Notes under the pieces: generated by a model
What the model was told of the DNA's origin: nothing
Databases searched by the model: none
The model's input: the letters and a program-made list of their open reading frames with translations, nothing else
In this document: in pieces, positions 21,246-30,333 of the stretch
Layout of the letters: the number at the start of each line of letters is the position of its first letter
Position numbering within the stretch: position 1 is the stretch's first letter
NCBI GenBank assembly: GCA_021732845.1
Contig: JAKFUF010000003.1
Coordinates: 1-64,000, forward strand
Length of the DNA stretch: 64,000 bases
Reading direction: 5' to 3'
Source of the DNA: Planctomycetaceae bacterium
GTDB lineage: Bacteria; Planctomycetota; Planctomycetia; Planctomycetales; Planctomycetaceae
Position numbers and translations under genes: made by a program

Positions 21246-21295
21246 CAGCACACTCGCCACTCGCTCAGGCATGGAACATTCGGGTGCCTCCCCGG

Positions 21296-22732
21296 TCAAT
21301 GCGGCGGGGGCGGGCTGTTCTGGAACGCACGATTCCGGTAGAGGAAATCGATGATGTTCCCTTCGTGTGGCTGCAGCCAGTTCAGCGCCACCGTCTTGAT
21401 TGGTCCGATATTCAAGCGGTCGATGTGCGTGGCGTCCAGCAGTTCCTGGGAGAATTTGGCGTCCTTGGTGATTGCCGTGCAAACGAGCGTGGGGCCGATT
21501 TGCTTGATCATGTTCGCCTGCGGGCAGTCGACCACCGCCGCGAAGGGGAACATATATTCGGCCTTGGAAATCTCTGGCTCGGTGCTGGTGCAATGCAGCA
21601 GTGTGGGCCGCAGGTAATCGCAGCGCTCTTGCTTCACCAGTCGGGGGCCATTGCGGTATTTCGCCGTGACTTCGGTCACGCCGGGCAGCTTGGCCCCTTC
21701 GTCAATCTGGGCATCCACGGCGTCGGCGACGCCAGGCACCACGAACGGAGCGAGGGCCGCCTTGGGGTCGGTGCTGGGCAGTGGTGCCACTGGTCCAATC
21801 CGCTGGGCGATCGCATCGGCGATCTCCGCTCCGTGCCGCGAGGCCCAGATGGCGGACGTGTTGATGCAGCCACGACCGGAGTTCAACAGCACGCTGTCGA
21901 CCATCAAATCCAGATAGTCGCGCCAGTTGTCGACCTCGTCGTCGCCGAACAGAATCTTGCTGAAGCCGGGGCCGTGGACCTGGACGCGGGGGTCGCCCAT
22001 GTATTTTTCGATGGTTGCCTGACCGCCGAAAATCATCGACCGCTGGCAGTGGCTCACGACCGCACCGCCAACATCATGTCCGCCGGGATAGATGGAAATC
22101 GCTTCACGGGGAATTCCTGCCTGGCAAAAGGCTTCTGTCATGCGGAACGGCGTCCACGGCTCCTGGGAACCGGGCTTGATCACCAACCCAACCTGCAGCG
22201 GGATCACTGGCATCCACAGGGTATGCACGCCCGGCGAGTTGGAAGGCAGCACCATTCCCAGCACCGGCGAATTCGCCTGGTAACTGAGGGTCACGCCGCG
22301 GGCCTCCTGGCCGTAGCCACGGGTGAGGATGTCGAGCGGCAGACCCCGTGTCAGGGCTTCGAGCACCTCCCGCATGTGCGTCAGCACAAAATAATTCTTC
22401 TTCATGTTGCCAGCACACATATGCACCGGCAGGCCGGTCGTGGCCGACTGCATGTGGCAGAAATCCGCCGGGCTTTGCGTGCCATTCCCCAGTGGCAGTG
22501 TGCCGTTCAGGTAGAGGTCGGCGGCCTTCTTCGTGATCTCGATCAACTGGTCGATCGAGAACTCGCGAAGCGCATTGCGAGCCCGCTTCGCCTGCCGCAT
22601 GTCCATCTGCAACAGGCCGCCATTGGCCTGGTGCATCTTGGCCAGAACTTCGCCCGTTTCAAAGTGGACGATGTCCTGCTGCTCCATGCTTTCGTACGGC
22701 TTGCCCCAGCGGAGTACGGGAATTTCGAGCAT
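21296..22732 (-). CDS. aldehyde dehydrogenase superfamily protein (possibly acylating / acyl-CoA reductase-like)
   Basis: ~480 aa with ALDH-fold organisation; GRGCINTSAIW catalytic Cys region. Lacks a canonical ELGGK motif, so the subfamily is uncertain. Confidence 0.7.
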   Translation of the reverse strand: MLEIPVLRWGKPYESMEQQDIVHFETGEVLAKMHQANGGLLQMDMRQAKRARNALREFSIDQLIEITKKAADLYLNGTLPLGNGTQSPADFCHMQSATTGLPVHMCAGNMKKNYFVLTHMREVLEALTRGLPLDILTRGYGQEARGVTLSYQANSPVLGMVLPSNSPGVHTLWMPVIPLQVGLVIKPGSQEPWTPFRMTEAFCQAGIPREAISIYPGGHDVGGAVVSHCQRSMIFGGQATIEKYMGDPRVQVHGPGFSKILFGDDEVDNWRDYLDLMVDSVLLNSGRGCINTSAIWASRHGAEIADAIAQRIGPVAPLPSTDPKAALAPFVVPGVADAVDAQIDEGAKLPGVTEVTAKYRNGPRLVKQERCDYLRPTLLHCTSTEPEISKAEYMFPFAAVVDCPQANMIKQIGPTLVCTAITKDAKFSQELLDATHIDRLNIGPIKTVALNWLQPHEGNIIDFLYRNRAFQNSPPPPH

Positions 22733-23120
22733 TTTCGATTTTCGATGGGTGAATTTCGAGGGTCAACGCGTGGCGTCAATGGTCGCTCTAAAATGATAGC
22801 GGCTCGGCGAGTCAATTGCAGGACCCATGCCCACCAATTTGGGACATTTGAGGTTGGGTAGAAACTGAAGTGATTGAACCTCAATCCGTCAGCCCAGCAG
22901 TTGGCGCTGGACTCGGGGGTTTTCAAAGAGAATTTTCGCCACGGCTGGCGCAGCTTGTCAACGATTGTCTGGTCAGAGACGAGCCGGAACGGGCTGCCGC
23001 GACACTTTACAATTGCAAGTCCATCGTCTTGGCGATTGACAATACATCCCGCTTGTGGGCAGGATGCGTTACTTGAGAATTCTCTCATACTTGCAGCAAT
23101 CACTTCAGCGGGGCCGGTTC

Positions 23121-23384
23121 ATGAGTCGCGATCGAGTTACGCCCACACGGAGGAGAGTTTCGACCAAGGCAAAAACTAAAGCAGCTTCGGGAGGTTTGAG
23201 CTGGCGGCCGATTTTTGGAGTTTTCGCCCTGCTGATTGGTGCAGTGACGATTTTTGGAATCATTTTCCAACTGACCACCAAAGGCTTTGACGGTGCCAAA
23301 GGGGGGATTGGGGGCGCGATCCTCTTCTCGGGAGTGATGATTTCGATTGGCATCAAGTGGCTGCGTGGCGAGACAGCCGAATGA
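23121..23384 (+). CDS. small basic/membrane protein (2 TM)
   Basis: MSRDRVTPTRRRVSTKAKTK followed by two hydrophobic helices. Lower-GC region. Confidence 0.35.
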   Translation: MSRDRVTPTRRRVSTKAKTKAASGGLSWRPIFGVFALLIGAVTIFGIIFQLTTKGFDGAKGGIGGAILFSGVMISIGIKWLRGETAE

Positions 23385-23633
23385 GGGTTCAGCAATCTTG
23401 GAACTTGGAGGAAGGATTCTCGATTCTGGGCGTGTTCTGACGACTCTGTGTTGGGGTGCCGAGAGGTTGGCACGAAGCCTCCTTGGCACGTGGCCGAACG
23501 ACTGCGTTTCCCTTTCGAAACAGGCGCAGAGTCAACGAGCCACTTCGCACCGTCGAAAGGCCCGGTCAAAATCCGCCATGCCATCTAAAATTTGAACCGC
23601 AACTGCGTTAGAATCCCCCGCAGGAGGTGGACC

Positions 23634-24518
23634 ATGGGAATCTACGACCGCGATTACTATCGCGATGCTCCCTCGGGTGGGGGGCTTTTCGGTGGGGTGG
23701 GCGCGGTCTGCAAAAAGTTGATCGCCATCAATGTGCTCGTCTTTCTCGCCCAGGTTTTCCTCGTCGACGACGACGGCCATGGAATCACCGAATGGCTGAG
23801 CATGAACGGCAGCGTGCTGCAGGGGCAGGTCTGGCGGTTGCTGACCTATGCCTTTTGCCACTCTCAAGATGATCCGTTCCACCTGTTGTTCAACATGATG
23901 TTCCTGTGGATGATGGGACAACAGGTGGAGTCGATTTATGGCGGACGGGAGTTCCTGCGGTTTTACCTGGCGGGGGCGGTGGCTTCGGCAGCCTGCTTCC
24001 TGCTTGTTGGACTTCTCGCCGGCGGCCGGGTGCATGGCATGGTGGGCGCTTCGGGTGCCATCTGCTCCGTGGTGGTCGTCACCGCGATGTACTATCCGAC
24101 GCAGCAGATCGCGATTCTGGGGGTCATCCCGATCGAACTGCGGTGGCTGGTCCTGATTTACCTGGCCTACGACCTGATGCCGGTCGTGCTGGAGCTTTCT
24201 GGCCGGCCCTCTGACAGCGGTGTGGCCCATGCCGCCCACCTGGGGGGCATGCTTTACGGCTACCTCTACAAGCGTTTTGACCTGCGGTTATCTCGCCTAT
24301 TCGGCGATTTCGACTTTGCCCGGCAGCTCCGCTCCCTCACGCGGCGGCGGCCGCCCGTCAAGCTATACGCGCCGCCCGTGGAAGAGGTGCCGGAGAATTT
24401 GGAGGAGCGTGTCGACGAAATTCTGGCGAAAATCACCGCCCAGGGCGAATCCAGTTTGACGGACGCCGAGCGCCGGATCCTGACCGAAGCCAGCGAACGC
24501 TACAAACGGAAGTCCTGA
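23634..24518 (+). CDS. rhomboid-family intramembrane serine protease
   Basis: CAGGAGG RBS; GASGAI (catalytic Ser); AHLGGMLYG (catalytic His); WRLLTYAFCH. Confidence 0.85.
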   Translation: MGIYDRDYYRDAPSGGGLFGGVGAVCKKLIAINVLVFLAQVFLVDDDGHGITEWLSMNGSVLQGQVWRLLTYAFCHSQDDPFHLLFNMMFLWMMGQQVESIYGGREFLRFYLAGAVASAACFLLVGLLAGGRVHGMVGASGAICSVVVVTAMYYPTQQIAILGVIPIELRWLVLIYLAYDLMPVVLELSGRPSDSGVAHAAHLGGMLYGYLYKRFDLRLSRLFGDFDFARQLRSLTRRRPPVKLYAPPVEEVPENLEERVDEILAKITAQGESSLTDAERRILTEASERYKRKS

Positions 24519-24548
24519 TTTTTGGACTGCAAAAGTTACCGGTGTCAC

Positions 24549-25076
24549 ATGAAACGCGTCCAATTCGTTGGGGCTTGTACGTTCATCACGTTGTATCTGG
24601 CGGTGAATCTGTTTGTCCTCGCTCGCAACGCAGTGGGTGATGCCGGAGCGCACGAGGCGACCTATTTCTTCACCTGGGACATGTTCCCCGGCCATGTCAC
24701 CGAGTCGACCCGAAAAGTCGCCCTCGGCCGAACGGCACAGGGCCACTACCGGCAGTTGATCCCCAACCCGTGGCTCCAATATCGGGGTGGCATCAACCTC
24801 GACCTGTCCCGCGCCAGCATGGACCGCCCCGGCCTTCGGACCCACATACTCGCGAATCAGGCACTGAAACTTTGGTCTCACCAGAGGCCACAAGAGGCAG
24901 CCGATGATCCGGTCACCCATGTCCTGCTGCTCGACCAGCACTGGCCGCGGAAGTTCAACCTCCCCTCGGACCTGTATGAGCGTTGGTCCGGCGAACCGAA
25001 GCCGGCAGAGTTCCATTCCTGGCGGGTTTTCGGAGAATATGACGTGGCTGGGAATGCCATCAGATCGAAGCCATGA
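24549..25076 (+). CDS. hypothetical membrane protein
   Basis: ORF with N-terminal TM helix. No domain recognised. Confidence 0.4.
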   Translation: MKRVQFVGACTFITLYLAVNLFVLARNAVGDAGAHEATYFFTWDMFPGHVTESTRKVALGRTAQGHYRQLIPNPWLQYRGGINLDLSRASMDRPGLRTHILANQALKLWSHQRPQEAADDPVTHVLLLDQHWPRKFNLPSDLYERWSGEPKPAEFHSWRVFGEYDVAGNAIRSKP

Positions 25077-25195
25077 GGGCCGTTGTCACCACACCCCCCT
25101 GATTTTGTGCTGCAGCGTCGTCGCAGTGGTGTTTCATGAGCTGGCAAGGCCAGCCTGAACGCGTGGATGGTCAATCAGGCGGATGTCCGAAAAGC

Positions 25196-27538
25196 ATGAA
25201 CACAGTCATACGAAACTGCCTGCGTGGACTGCCCTGTGTTCTCCTCGTTTTTCTCGCGCTGCCGTTGGGTGCGCAACAGCCGCAGCCGGACGAGATCATT
25301 CTGCCGGAGCGGGCGAAGATCAAAGACGAAGAGCTGAAGAAGTCGATCGTGGTCGAGGTGCGGACACTGTCCGACTTGGGCCGCAGCGCCTCGGCCACGC
25401 CGTTGCTGTGGAACGTCGAGTGGCTTCCCAAAGGGATTGGCGAGGGGCACTTCGAGTACAGCATCTTCGACGACACGCGGCTCGTGGGAAAGTTTGTCAG
25501 CCACGACATGGCGCTCTCGGGCAAGCAGAGTTTCCGCACCATGCTGCCGGGGCTCAGCGCGCCGCGCGGTCTCGGGCCGCAGTGGACCGTCAAATTCCAG
25601 TTCGTCACCAAAGACAAGGTGTTTGAGGCTGACGAGCAGGTCATTCGGACTCCGATGCCCGACTCGCGCTATGTCTGCACGGCCGTGTGCGACGTGTGGG
25701 ACCTGTCGCTCTCCGCGGAAACCCAGCTCCTGCAGGATGCCGTCGACATCGTTCAGTTCGAGACGCCCGAAGCTCAAACGCAACGGTCGCTCGTCAACAC
25801 GTCCGCCCACCTGCAGCCGGCCGAGATGCCGAATGACGCTCTTGGCTACTGTGGCGTGGATGTGATCGTGCTGACCGGACCAGGGCTGATGGGGCTGCGC
25901 GACAACCAGTTGCAGGCGATTCGTGACTGGGTCGATGCGGGCGGAAGCGTGTGCATCGCCCCGGACAAGAAACTGCGCAAGCCACAATTGGAATTCGTCA
26001 ACTACCTGCTGCGCGACGCATTGGCACCCGCGGGCGGGGAAGCCACGCCGTTCACACTGGGGGAGACCGGAGAGATTCAGGGCGGACCGCAGCCATTGCC
26101 GGTGACGCTTCAGGTTCGCAGCGGCTTGGGGCGTGTGGTGTATGTGGCCCGCACCGAGGGACGCCCGCAGATCGACTCCACCCTGAGGGCGGTCGGCGTT
26201 GAGAATCCGGTGCCGAAGGAGTGGCGGCAACTCGCGGCCTTTCTCTGGAAAGTGCGCAGTACCGAGGTCCCGGTCGCGGTTTCCAAGGGCAGGTGGGATC
26301 CACAAACGGTCGCCAATGCGAAGACACCGCCGGTGGTCAATCCGTTCCAACCGTTCAACCTGCAGGGAATGGACCAATTAGAGAACCGCGGCAGCCGGCT
26401 GAAACCCCTGGCGTTTCAATCCGGTTTGTGGCTGCTGCAGCATTTGATCCCCAAGGATGTGCGCGTTGTGCCACTGTCGCTCGTCGGGGTGATTCTCGTC
26501 TTTTATCTCCTGGTGATCGGCCCCGGTGACTACGCACTGCTGGGGTGGTTGCATCGCCGGCGCTGGACATGGGTGGTGTTTCCCATTGTCACGCTGGGGT
26601 TCACCATTGGGACGGTCGCCCTGTCGAACCGCTACATGTACAGCGCGGTGCAGAGCCGCGCCCTGACGTTGGTCGATGTGATCGACAAGGGGAAGCCCGC
26701 CCGTCAGACGCGGCTGGAGCTGCTGTTTACCAACACCAGCCGCGTGGTCACCACCGAAGTCGAGCACGGGTTGTTCACGCCGCTCAACCACCGGGCTTAT
26801 GGGGCCTTGGAAGAGGTGATCGATGTGAGTCGCCGTCCCGTGCAATCGCCGGGTTACGATTCCTGGGACTACGAACAACGGACGCTGGAATCGGACCCCT
26901 CCATGGCCAGCAGCGTGGAGTACTTCGGCCGGATTCCCAGCCGGTACCAAGTGAAGCAGTCCGTGCCCCAATGGTCCCCGCAACTCAACCGGTTGTTCAC
27001 CATTGCCCCTGCCTCCACCCCGTCGGCCGCGCCAGGAGCCAGCGGCGCGCCGCCAGCCGCTTCCGAGTCACCCGTCCGCGGCGCACACGCGGCGGACTTT
27101 AACTGGACAGCCTTTGACTCGGACGACTTTACCTCGCCTTCCGGCCAGAAGGCCCTGACGGATGCCGCCATCAAGGCCTTTGGTGATAAAACCACAGTCT
27201 ACGTGTTGAATGAAAACAACACCTGCCGGCTGTGGGGAGAGGATGTGGGTGCGGGGCGGATGCAAACCACCGACTCCAACGGGAGGGTTCGAACCATCGC
27301 ATCCGAGAGTCCCGTGGGCAGATTTCAGCCAGTCGACGGATTTCTGCACGACATCTGTGTCGCGCCGGCGCGGGGTTATTTCTCGTGCTTCGCCCAGGTC
27401 TCCCCACAGGGCGGGGCGCTGCTCGAAGACCTGCCGCTGCTCGATCCCGGCGATCCCACCCAGTGGCTGCTGCTGATCATCGTTCCCGAAGGAGACGATT
27501 ACACCGCTTACCGGCGGCTGTACCTGGCGACGCCGTGA
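25196..27538 (+). CDS. large hypothetical secreted/membrane protein (signal peptide + central TM helices)
   Basis: MNTVIRNCLRGLPCVLLVFLALPLGAQQ signal peptide; TM cluster around VILVFYLLVIGPGDYALLGWL...VVFPIVTLGFTIGTVAL. Confidence 0.55.
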   Translation: MNTVIRNCLRGLPCVLLVFLALPLGAQQPQPDEIILPERAKIKDEELKKSIVVEVRTLSDLGRSASATPLLWNVEWLPKGIGEGHFEYSIFDDTRLVGKFVSHDMALSGKQSFRTMLPGLSAPRGLGPQWTVKFQFVTKDKVFEADEQVIRTPMPDSRYVCTAVCDVWDLSLSAETQLLQDAVDIVQFETPEAQTQRSLVNTSAHLQPAEMPNDALGYCGVDVIVLTGPGLMGLRDNQLQAIRDWVDAGGSVCIAPDKKLRKPQLEFVNYLLRDALAPAGGEATPFTLGETGEIQGGPQPLPVTLQVRSGLGRVVYVARTEGRPQIDSTLRAVGVENPVPKEWRQLAAFLWKVRSTEVPVAVSKGRWDPQTVANAKTPPVVNPFQPFNLQGMDQLENRGSRLKPLAFQSGLWLLQHLIPKDVRVVPLSLVGVILVFYLLVIGPGDYALLGWLHRRRWTWVVFPIVTLGFTIGTVALSNRYMYSAVQSRALTLVDVIDKGKPARQTRLELLFTNTSRVVTTEVEHGLFTPLNHRAYGALEEVIDVSRRPVQSPGYDSWDYEQRTLESDPSMASSVEYFGRIPSRYQVKQSVPQWSPQLNRLFTIAPASTPSAAPGASGAPPAASESPVRGAHAADFNWTAFDSDDFTSPSGQKALTDAAIKAFGDKTTVYVLNENNTCRLWGEDVGAGRMQTTDSNGRVRTIASESPVGRFQPVDGFLHDICVAPARGYFSCFAQVSPQGGALLEDLPLLDPGDPTQWLLLIIVPEGDDYTAYRRLYLATP

Positions 27539-27930
27539 GGGGTGCTGAAATATGTCGCGCTGGCGGTGGGGCTCAGGCGGTGGAACGTGTATCGGCGGAT
27601 CGCACGCAACCCGCAATTGCAGACCGCACTGGATGCGGGGCGGGGCGTCGTGGTCAGCGTGGCTTGGAAACCGTTCGACAACAATCCTGCCAACTCCGCA
27701 CAGCGTTTGCAGGTTAAGGTTGCCAGAATGTTTGGGCACACCCAGACTCGACGAATTTCCGTTTGCCTTTGACCACGGTTCGCGCGGGTCTTATTATGAG
27801 ATGTTGATGCGTCGGAGTGGGAGCAGCCCGCGATGACGGATCACAGCCTGCCGGTGACAAAGCCGTTTCAGTTCCCGGAACGTTTTGCCACTTGATTCCC
27901 ACACGGAAACATCCCTGCCGGAGATTCCGA

Positions 27931-30231
27931 ATGTTGTATCGCTCCCTTGCCCGCCGGTCACTTGTTGTCGGTGCCGCAGCCTTGTGTCTGATGGCCAGCA
28001 ATGTCCAGGCACAGACCGTAACTTCGACTGTGCCACAGGCGGTGATGCCAGGGAAGGCGATTGATGTCAAACTCCGTGGTGGAGCGCTGGCCGGGCCGAC
28101 GCAGCTCTGGACGAGTTTTCCAGCAGAAGTCGCGCTGACGCCGGATCTCGCCGGCAACGGAACCAATGCCGCTGAAGTCTCGTACCGGTTGACCGTTCCT
28201 GCGGATGTGGGTCCGGGCATTTATGCCCTGCGGGTCGCCACGCCGACTGGCATCAGCCCACTCAGGCTGATCGCGGTGGATGATCTGCCCTCGGTGTCGC
28301 AGGTGAAGCCGAACCAGACTTTGGCCACCGCCCAGTCTGTCACGCTGCCCGTCGCCGTGGATGGGGCGGTCGACAATCTGAGCCACGATTTCTACAAGTT
28401 CACCGTCGCCGCCGGACAGCGTGTGGCGTTCGAAGTCCTCGGCCGCCGCATGGGTTCGCCCATTGATCCGCTGCTGCGGGTCCTCGACCCCAAGGGCCGG
28501 GAAATTGCCTACAGCGACGATGTCGGCGGCCTCGGCCCCGATTGCCAGTTCGCCTACACCTTCAAGGATGCGGGCGAGTACTTCGTTGAACTGCGGGACA
28601 TCCGCTGGCAGGGAAGCGCGGCCCATTCCTACCGCCTGCGGATGGGAGATTTCCCCTGTGTCAGCGTGCCCTATCCGATGGCCGTCAAGAAGGGGGCTTT
28701 CGCCAATGTGGCGTTCGCCGGCTCCAGTGTCGAAGGCACGCAGCCCGTGGCGTTCAACCTGCCGGGTGAAGCCACGGTGAACTGGTTGAACCTGGGGGCA
28801 CGTCTGCCGAATGGCACCAGCAGCGGTTTTGCCACGGCGGCCGTCGTCTTGGGTGACCAGGCCTTGGAAGTCGAGCCGAACAATGAAGCAGCTAATGCCA
28901 CCCGCGTCGAACTGGGCATGAGCCTGAATGGCCGCTTTGATGTTCCAGGCGATGTGGATCGGTTCGTCTTCACCGCCAAGGCGGGTCAGCACTTTGTCTT
29001 CAGCGGCATCACCCGCAGCCAGGGTTCCCCGGTGGACCTCGATCTGACGCTGCTCAAGCCCGATGGCGGGCAGATGGCGGCGGCAGACGATGTTGGTGCC
29101 AGCGAGGGGAAGATTGATTTCTCGGCACCCGCTGATGGGGACTATACCCTCGTCGTGCGAGACCTGCTGCGGCGCGGTGGCTCCGCCTTCGCCTACCGGA
29201 TCGCTGTCGAGACGTTTGCTCCGGAGTTTACCCTGGCGGTCAGCACGGACACGGTCAATATTGAGGCCGGGGGCGCAGTGCCGGTCACTGTGACTTCGGT
29301 GCGCGGGCCGGTGACTGGACTGATCAAGCTGAGCCTCGAAGGTGCTCCCGAAGGGGTCACGGCAGCTCCGGCGGTGATCGGGCCAGGGTTGAATTCCACC
29401 GTGATGACAATCCACGGTGCCGCGACGGTTCCGGCCGGTAAGATCTACAATTTGCGGATTGTCGGAAGCTCCCAATTGGGTGCGGCCGAGGTCAAGACCG
29501 TGGCCACCGTGACCGACGCGCAGAAGGTGGGATTCAGCGGTTTGCAGACCCCTCCGCCAGCGTTGGCTGAAACTATTTCCGTGGGGATGAACCCCGCGCC
29601 GTTGTTCGTCCTCAAGACCGACAAGCCGGTGCTGACCTTTGGCAAAGACCTGTCAGCCACCTTCAAAGTCCAGGTGGTTCGCGCAGAAGGGTTCGGCGAA
29701 GAGATCGCTCTCGCCATCCTGCCGCCGCAAAACGGTGTGCCGGGCGTGACCATCACCCCCAAGCCCATCGCCAAGGGCACCAATGAAGTGGAGATTGTGG
29801 TCGCTGCCAACGCGCAGGCACCCTTGGGCGACTTCTCGGTCGTCCTGCAGGGGACGGGCAAGCTCGACAAGAGATCGTCCGTTCAGCCGATTCCATCGCT
29901 GACACTGAATCTGGCTGCCCCCTATGTGTTGAAGCCAGACTTTGCGGGCGGCACCATCGCCAAGGGGCAGACACTCAAGGGCAAGGTTGTGGCGGAGCGA
30001 AATCCGGCCTATGCCGGGCCAATCACGCTGACGTTCCAGAATCTGCCAAAGGGCGTGACCGCCGCTCCGGCAACCATCGCCGCCGGACAGACCGAAGCGG
30101 AGGTGGTGTTGACGGCTGCCGCCGATGCCGCGGTGGGTGCTGTCCCGAACGTGATTGTGGCCGGCGAAGGCGTGAACGGAGCGGCGAAACTTCCCGCGAG
30201 TTCCGCTGCCACGGCCCTGACTGTGCAGTAA
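27931..30231 (+). CDS. secreted protein with two pre-peptidase C-terminal (PPC) domains
   Basis: Signal peptide. Two PPC-type repeats: HDFYKFTVAAGQRVAFEV...SPIDPLLRVLDPKGREIAYSDDVGG and VDRFVFTAKAGQHFVF...SPVDLDLTLLKPDGGQMAAADDVGA. Confidence 0.65.
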   Translation: MLYRSLARRSLVVGAAALCLMASNVQAQTVTSTVPQAVMPGKAIDVKLRGGALAGPTQLWTSFPAEVALTPDLAGNGTNAAEVSYRLTVPADVGPGIYALRVATPTGISPLRLIAVDDLPSVSQVKPNQTLATAQSVTLPVAVDGAVDNLSHDFYKFTVAAGQRVAFEVLGRRMGSPIDPLLRVLDPKGREIAYSDDVGGLGPDCQFAYTFKDAGEYFVELRDIRWQGSAAHSYRLRMGDFPCVSVPYPMAVKKGAFANVAFAGSSVEGTQPVAFNLPGEATVNWLNLGARLPNGTSSGFATAAVVLGDQALEVEPNNEAANATRVELGMSLNGRFDVPGDVDRFVFTAKAGQHFVFSGITRSQGSPVDLDLTLLKPDGGQMAAADDVGASEGKIDFSAPADGDYTLVVRDLLRRGGSAFAYRIAVETFAPEFTLAVSTDTVNIEAGGAVPVTVTSVRGPVTGLIKLSLEGAPEGVTAAPAVIGPGLNSTVMTIHGAATVPAGKIYNLRIVGSSQLGAAEVKTVATVTDAQKVGFSGLQTPPPALAETISVGMNPAPLFVLKTDKPVLTFGKDLSATFKVQVVRAEGFGEEIALAILPPQNGVPGVTITPKPIAKGTNEVEIVVAANAQAPLGDFSVVLQGTGKLDKRSSVQPIPSLTLNLAAPYVLKPDFAGGTIAKGQTLKGKVVAERNPAYAGPITLTFQNLPKGVTAAPATIAAGQTEAEVVLTAAADAAVGAVPNVIVAGEGVNGAAKLPASSAATALTVQ

Positions 30232-30333
30232 GATTGACGGTGGCGTTCGACGAGGCAGGACAGCGGAAAGACACGACAGAAATTGTTTGGCGATTTCAAC
30301 GATTCGACTTTCAGACCGCATGAGGAGTGCAAC

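Noticed and set aside
22543-23103. 186-aa minus-strand ORF overlapping the 3' end of the ALDH gene.
   Set aside because: It overlaps a well-supported CDS by about 190 nt, and its C-terminal part is generated by the TCGAAAAT repeat (peptide PIENRKCS shared with another repeat-derived ORF at 42473). Likely spurious.
27280-27300. tRNA-like GGGTTCGAACC string.
   Set aside because: It lies inside the 800-aa CDS with no acceptor or anticodon arm context. No tRNA-like cloverleaf found anywhere in the window.
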